64,000 nt of DNA, taken from positions 203,257-267,256 of the forward strand of contig NZ_JACYTQ010000007.1 in NCBI RefSeq assembly GCF_014841125.1. The letters run 5' to 3'. Positions 61,056 to 64,000 of the stretch are shown in pieces; the first letter of the stretch is position 1, and the number at the start of each line of letters is the position of its first letter. The position numbers and the translations under genes were made by a program. The notes below the pieces were generated by a model. The model was not told the DNA's origin. It made no database searches and worked only from the letters and a program-made list of their open reading frames with translations. Source of the stretch: Echinicola arenosa. Its GTDB lineage: Bacteria; Bacteroidota; Bacteroidia; Cytophagales; Cyclobacteriaceae.

Positions 61056-61883
61056 TTAAGAAATGCCATAAAATTTAGCGGCGGTCAAGCCCATTACATC
61101 GGCTCTTTCGTTTGTACTTAAAGATAAAATGTAATCCTTTACAATGGATACATTTTTTGGGTAATCAGCTGCCAAAAGTGCCACTGGCCAATCCGAACCA
61201 AACATCAATCTTTTGGTACCAAAAGCTTCAAAGACCACATCCATATAGGGCGTCAATTCTGCTTTGTTCCAGTTTTTCCAATCTGCTTCGGTCACCATCC
61301 CAGACACCTTGCAGCTAACATTTTCAAAGCCTGCAATGTGCTTCATGTTTTTAGCCCACTCGTTGATTTTGCCATCTTTGATATACGGTTTGGCCAGGTG
61401 GTCTATCACAAAAGGCTGGTTCGGGAAGCTTTTTACCAGATTAATGGCTTCTTCTAGATGGTGTGGGAAGATCAGAATATCATAAGTATATCCGAATTTT
61501 TCCAAGTGTGCCATACCTTTTATAAAGGCAGCATCCGCCATTAATTCCGGTGGCCGACCTTGAAGGATCATTCTGAAACCGCACATTGTCGGATTATCGC
61601 TATATTGCTCCAAATCAGCTAGGACAGTTGCTGAACACAAGTCTACCCAACCCACTACTTTTTTTATCCAAGGGTTTGCTTTGCTCAGTCCCAATAAAAA
61701 TTCATTTTCCTCTAAAGATTCATCAGCCTGAACCGCTATGGTACCATCAAATCCTTCTTGGTCCAATAAGGGCCTCAGGTCCTCAGGAAGAAAATCCTTA
61801 CGGATCACAGACATGCTTTCATCAATCCAGGCATGTTTTTCAGGATGGTATTTCCAAAAATGTTGGTGGGCATCAATTTTCAT
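61056..61883 (-). CDS. amidohydrolase-2 family protein (L-fucono/rhamnono-lactonase-like)
   Basis: MKIDAHQHFW... metal-binding start typical of amidohydrolase_2 lactonases. Confidence 0.7.
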   Translation of the reverse strand: MKIDAHQHFWKYHPEKHAWIDESMSVIRKDFLPEDLRPLLDQEGFDGTIAVQADESLEENEFLLGLSKANPWIKKVVGWVDLCSATVLADLEQYSDNPTMCGFRMILQGRPPELMADAAFIKGMAHLEKFGYTYDILIFPHHLEEAINLVKSFPNQPFVIDHLAKPYIKDGKINEWAKNMKHIAGFENVSCKVSGMVTEADWKNWNKAELTPYMDVVFEAFGTKRLMFGSDWPVALLAADYPKNVSIVKDYILSLSTNERADVMGLTAAKFYGIS

Positions 61884-61962
61884 TAATTAGTAATTTTGGG
61901 TAAGACAAATAAAACCCGCCAATCCTAAGACCGGCAGGTTGAAATATAGTTAAAGGATTAAA

Positions 61963-62820
61963 TTATCCCTTATAATTTACTGCAGTTTGGCTAGAAGTTC
62001 CCAGTCCGTTAATGCCAAGTTCCACTACATCACCTTCCTTGAGGTAGGTAGGAGGATTCAATCCCAAACCAACACCTGCAGGAGTACCTGTGGAAATAAT
62101 ATCACCTGGCAATAAGGTCATATAGTTACTTAAGTGGCTGATCAAGGTAGGAATATCAAATACCAAATCAGAAGTGTTACTGTTCTGCAGCATTTTCCCA
62201 TTCACTTTCAACCATAGGTTCAAGTTATGAGGATCTTGGATCTCATCTTTGGTGACTAAGTAGGGTCCTAGAGGAGAGAAGTTGTCATTACTTTTTCCTT
62301 TTACCCACTGTCCACCATGGCTTAATTGGAAGTCACGCTCAGAAACGTCATTTAGCAAGCAATAACCTGCTATATAATCCATGGCATCTTCCTTGGCCAC
62401 ATAACTGGCTTTTTTACCGATCATTACAGCCAGTTCCACTTCCCAATCCGTCTTTTCAGAGTTCCTCGGGATAATGATATTGTCATTTGGTCCACAAAGG
62501 GAAGAAGTTGCTTTCATAAAGATGACTGGTTGCTTAGGTACTTCCATGCCGCTTTCTTTGGCATGAAGTGAATAGTTAAGACCAATGCAAATGATTTTGG
62601 AAGGACGCTTGATAGGAGGGCCCAAACGGGTTTCATTGCTCACTACTGGGCAATCGGCTTCATTGCTTTCCAACCAAGCTGCCAATTTGTTCAAACCGTC
62701 ATTTTCCAAGAACTCTTCTGTCCAGTCTTGTCCGAATCCACTACAATCGATGCGGGTACCGTCTGCTTTTTCAATCCCTGGCTTTTCTTGGCCAGCATTT
62801 CCAAATCTTAATAATTTCAT
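61963..62820 (-). CDS. FAH-family hydrolase (2,4-diketo-3-deoxy-L-fuconate/rhamnonate hydrolase-like)
   Basis: 285 aa FAH fold (...CIGLNYSLHAKE...EVELAVMIGKKA...). Confidence 0.75.
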   Translation of the reverse strand: MKLLRFGNAGQEKPGIEKADGTRIDCSGFGQDWTEEFLENDGLNKLAAWLESNEADCPVVSNETRLGPPIKRPSKIICIGLNYSLHAKESGMEVPKQPVIFMKATSSLCGPNDNIIIPRNSEKTDWEVELAVMIGKKASYVAKEDAMDYIAGYCLLNDVSERDFQLSHGGQWVKGKSNDNFSPLGPYLVTKDEIQDPHNLNLWLKVNGKMLQNSNTSDLVFDIPTLISHLSNYMTLLPGDIISTGTPAGVGLGLNPPTYLKEGDVVELGINGLGTSSQTAVNYKG

Positions 62821-63047
62821 TTTTTGGTTATTCTTTTGAGGTAAATATAAAGGACTTACCTGTTATAAATTATTATTGAAAATAGAGGTTGTCTAATAAG
62901 TCTGAAACACATCATCACGAGCTAAGCGAAGTGATCTCTCTCTATTCACATTGTTCGTATGTGGAGATAGCCTGCCCTCCGGGAGGCGGGCTTCTCTTCG
63001 CTATCGCTAAAATCGCAATGACGTGGATTTTGAGATAGCCTCTATTA

Positions 63048-63827
63048 TTACATTTTTAGATTGACAAATCCACCGTCAATAGGGTAGTTGCCACCTGTTA
63101 GGAAGGAAGATTCATCCTTGCAGAGGTAAAGAGCCATAGCAGCAATTTCCTCTGGCGTACCCATTCTTCCGATAGGCTGGGTAGCGGCCAATTTATCAAA
63201 CATTTCCTTTTCCTGTCCTGGATAGTTTTTTGCCAAAAAGCCATCCACAAAAGGAGTGTGGACACGACCTGGAGCAATGCTGTTGACGCGAATATTGTAG
63301 GATACATAATCCCTGGCCATGGAAAGGGTCATCGCAAAGACAGCCCCTTTGGTCATGGAATAGGCAAACCGATCAGGAATCCCAATGGTCGAAGCAACAG
63401 AGGCCATGTTGATAATGGATCCACCGTTTTCTTTCATCTTGGGTAGTGCAGCGACGCTACAATTATAAATGCCTTTGACATTTACCTGATACAATCTGTC
63501 AAAATCTGCTTCACTGGTGTTTTCTAAATTTCCCACATGAGAAACTCCAGCGTTGTTGATCAATACATCGATATTTCCAGGGATAGATGCAATGGTACTT
63601 TTCATGGCATCGGTTTTAGAAACATCACCTTGTAAAAAAGTAACCTGATAACCTTTTTCGGTTAGGTCCTGAGCCACTTTTTTCCCTGATTGTTGATCAA
63701 AATCAATGAAATAAACGTTTCCTCCTTCTTGGGCAAAGCGGGATGTCATGGCCAGACCAATACCACTGGCACCCCCAGTAATTAAAATGGTTTTATTTTT
63801 CATAATATTTCTAACTTCAAAATCCAA
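63048..63827 (-). CDS. SDR-family oxidoreductase (2-keto-3-deoxy-L-fuconate/L-rhamnonate dehydrogenase-like)
   Basis: TGGASGIGLA Rossmann motif, catalytic S...YSMTK. Confidence 0.8.
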   Translation of the reverse strand: MDFEVRNIMKNKTILITGGASGIGLAMTSRFAQEGGNVYFIDFDQQSGKKVAQDLTEKGYQVTFLQGDVSKTDAMKSTIASIPGNIDVLINNAGVSHVGNLENTSEADFDRLYQVNVKGIYNCSVAALPKMKENGGSIINMASVASTIGIPDRFAYSMTKGAVFAMTLSMARDYVSYNIRVNSIAPGRVHTPFVDGFLAKNYPGQEKEMFDKLAATQPIGRMGTPEEIAAMALYLCKDESSFLTGGNYPIDGGFVNLKM

Positions 63828-63881
63828 TTGGAAAGCTAATTTATATTTTATTTAAAGCTATCCTGTTGAATACCGAACATT

Positions 63882-64000
63882 TAGGCTTTCGCTGGTTCTT
63901 CATTCCATACAGGGCCGCTTGTAAAATCATATTCTTCCAATGAATCAGCTTTCATTTCAATGCTGTACCCTGGCAATAATGGAGTTTGATAGCGACCGTT
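63882..64000 (-). CDS. C-terminal end of an upstream gene in the same catabolic cluster (partial), identity unknown
   Basis: Reverse-strand reading gives ...PLLPGYSIEMKADSLEEYDFTSGPVWNEEPAKA* with a TAA stop at 63882-63884. Confidence 0.3.

Noticed and set aside
1-64000. Searched by eye for CRISPR arrays, rRNA/tRNA genes, integrase/transposase genes and att-like direct repeats flanking the 28-38 kb locus
   Set aside because: No regularly spaced direct repeats, no cloverleaf-like tRNA candidates and no recombinase ORFs were found. The only mobile element identified is the group II intron. A tRNA scan (tRNAscan-SE/Aragorn) would be needed to be definitive.

Overview
This 64-kb window looks like a Bacteroidota-type chromosome segment (Cytophagia/Sphingobacteriia style, ~40% GC, dense mostly operonic coding). 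No rRNA, tRNA or CRISPR array was found. Recognisable blocks, in order: (1) a hexuronate block with an SDR UxuB-like fragment, UxaC and a LacI regulator, plus a Tat-secreted sugar-phosphate isomerase; (2) an orphan HTH-WYL (BrxR/CapW-like) regulator; (3) a complete heme-uptake operon, hmuTUV, HemS/ChuS, TonB-dependent receptor and an HmuY-like lipoprotein; (4) small stress/regulatory genes (YdeI-like, DoxX, SRPBCC, ArsR), a class-III aminotransferase and a geranylgeranyl reductase; (5) a compact group II intron with an endonuclease-less RT/maturase, starting about 10 nt after the rho-independent terminator of the geranylgeranyl reductase gene, which is class-C-like behaviour; (6) a DUF1080 plus Gfo/Idh/MocA pair; (7) a full urease operon, ureABC-EFGD, with a HupE/UreJ-like Ni permease; (8) the most interesting locus, at 28.1-38.1 kb. 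An XRE-HTH/S24-like regulator is divergently transcribed from a tight operon encoding a small YbjN-like protein, PspA/IM30 (ESCRT-III superfamily), an NfeD-like membrane protein with an acidic repeat linker, and a flotillin/SPFH protein. A terminator follows, then a 1622-aa orphan protein with an N-terminal globular region, a very long helical middle and a MoxR/AAA_5-type ATPase module (Walker A GYGKTT, Walker B LYLDDIQ, NP..ESG..F.IPD..NRAD). A PspA-NfeD-SPFH core is known from B. subtilis; the giant AAA_5 protein and repressor-like regulator are not part of any described system I recognise. (9) Downstream: an S41 peptidase, a dockerin-like lipoprotein, a TonB-receptor-like OMP, AraC, a PmoA-like protein, split transketolase, Bcp, an M23 peptidase, an FAH hydrolase, pirin, an ars operon (ArsR-DUF6428-ArsC-ACR3) with an extra DUF6428 paralog, an MsbA-like ABC exporter, BlaR1/BlaI, and an L-fucose/L-rhamnose non-phosphorylative catabolic cluster. 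All calls rest on motif-level reading of the supplied translations and DNA; no database search was run.
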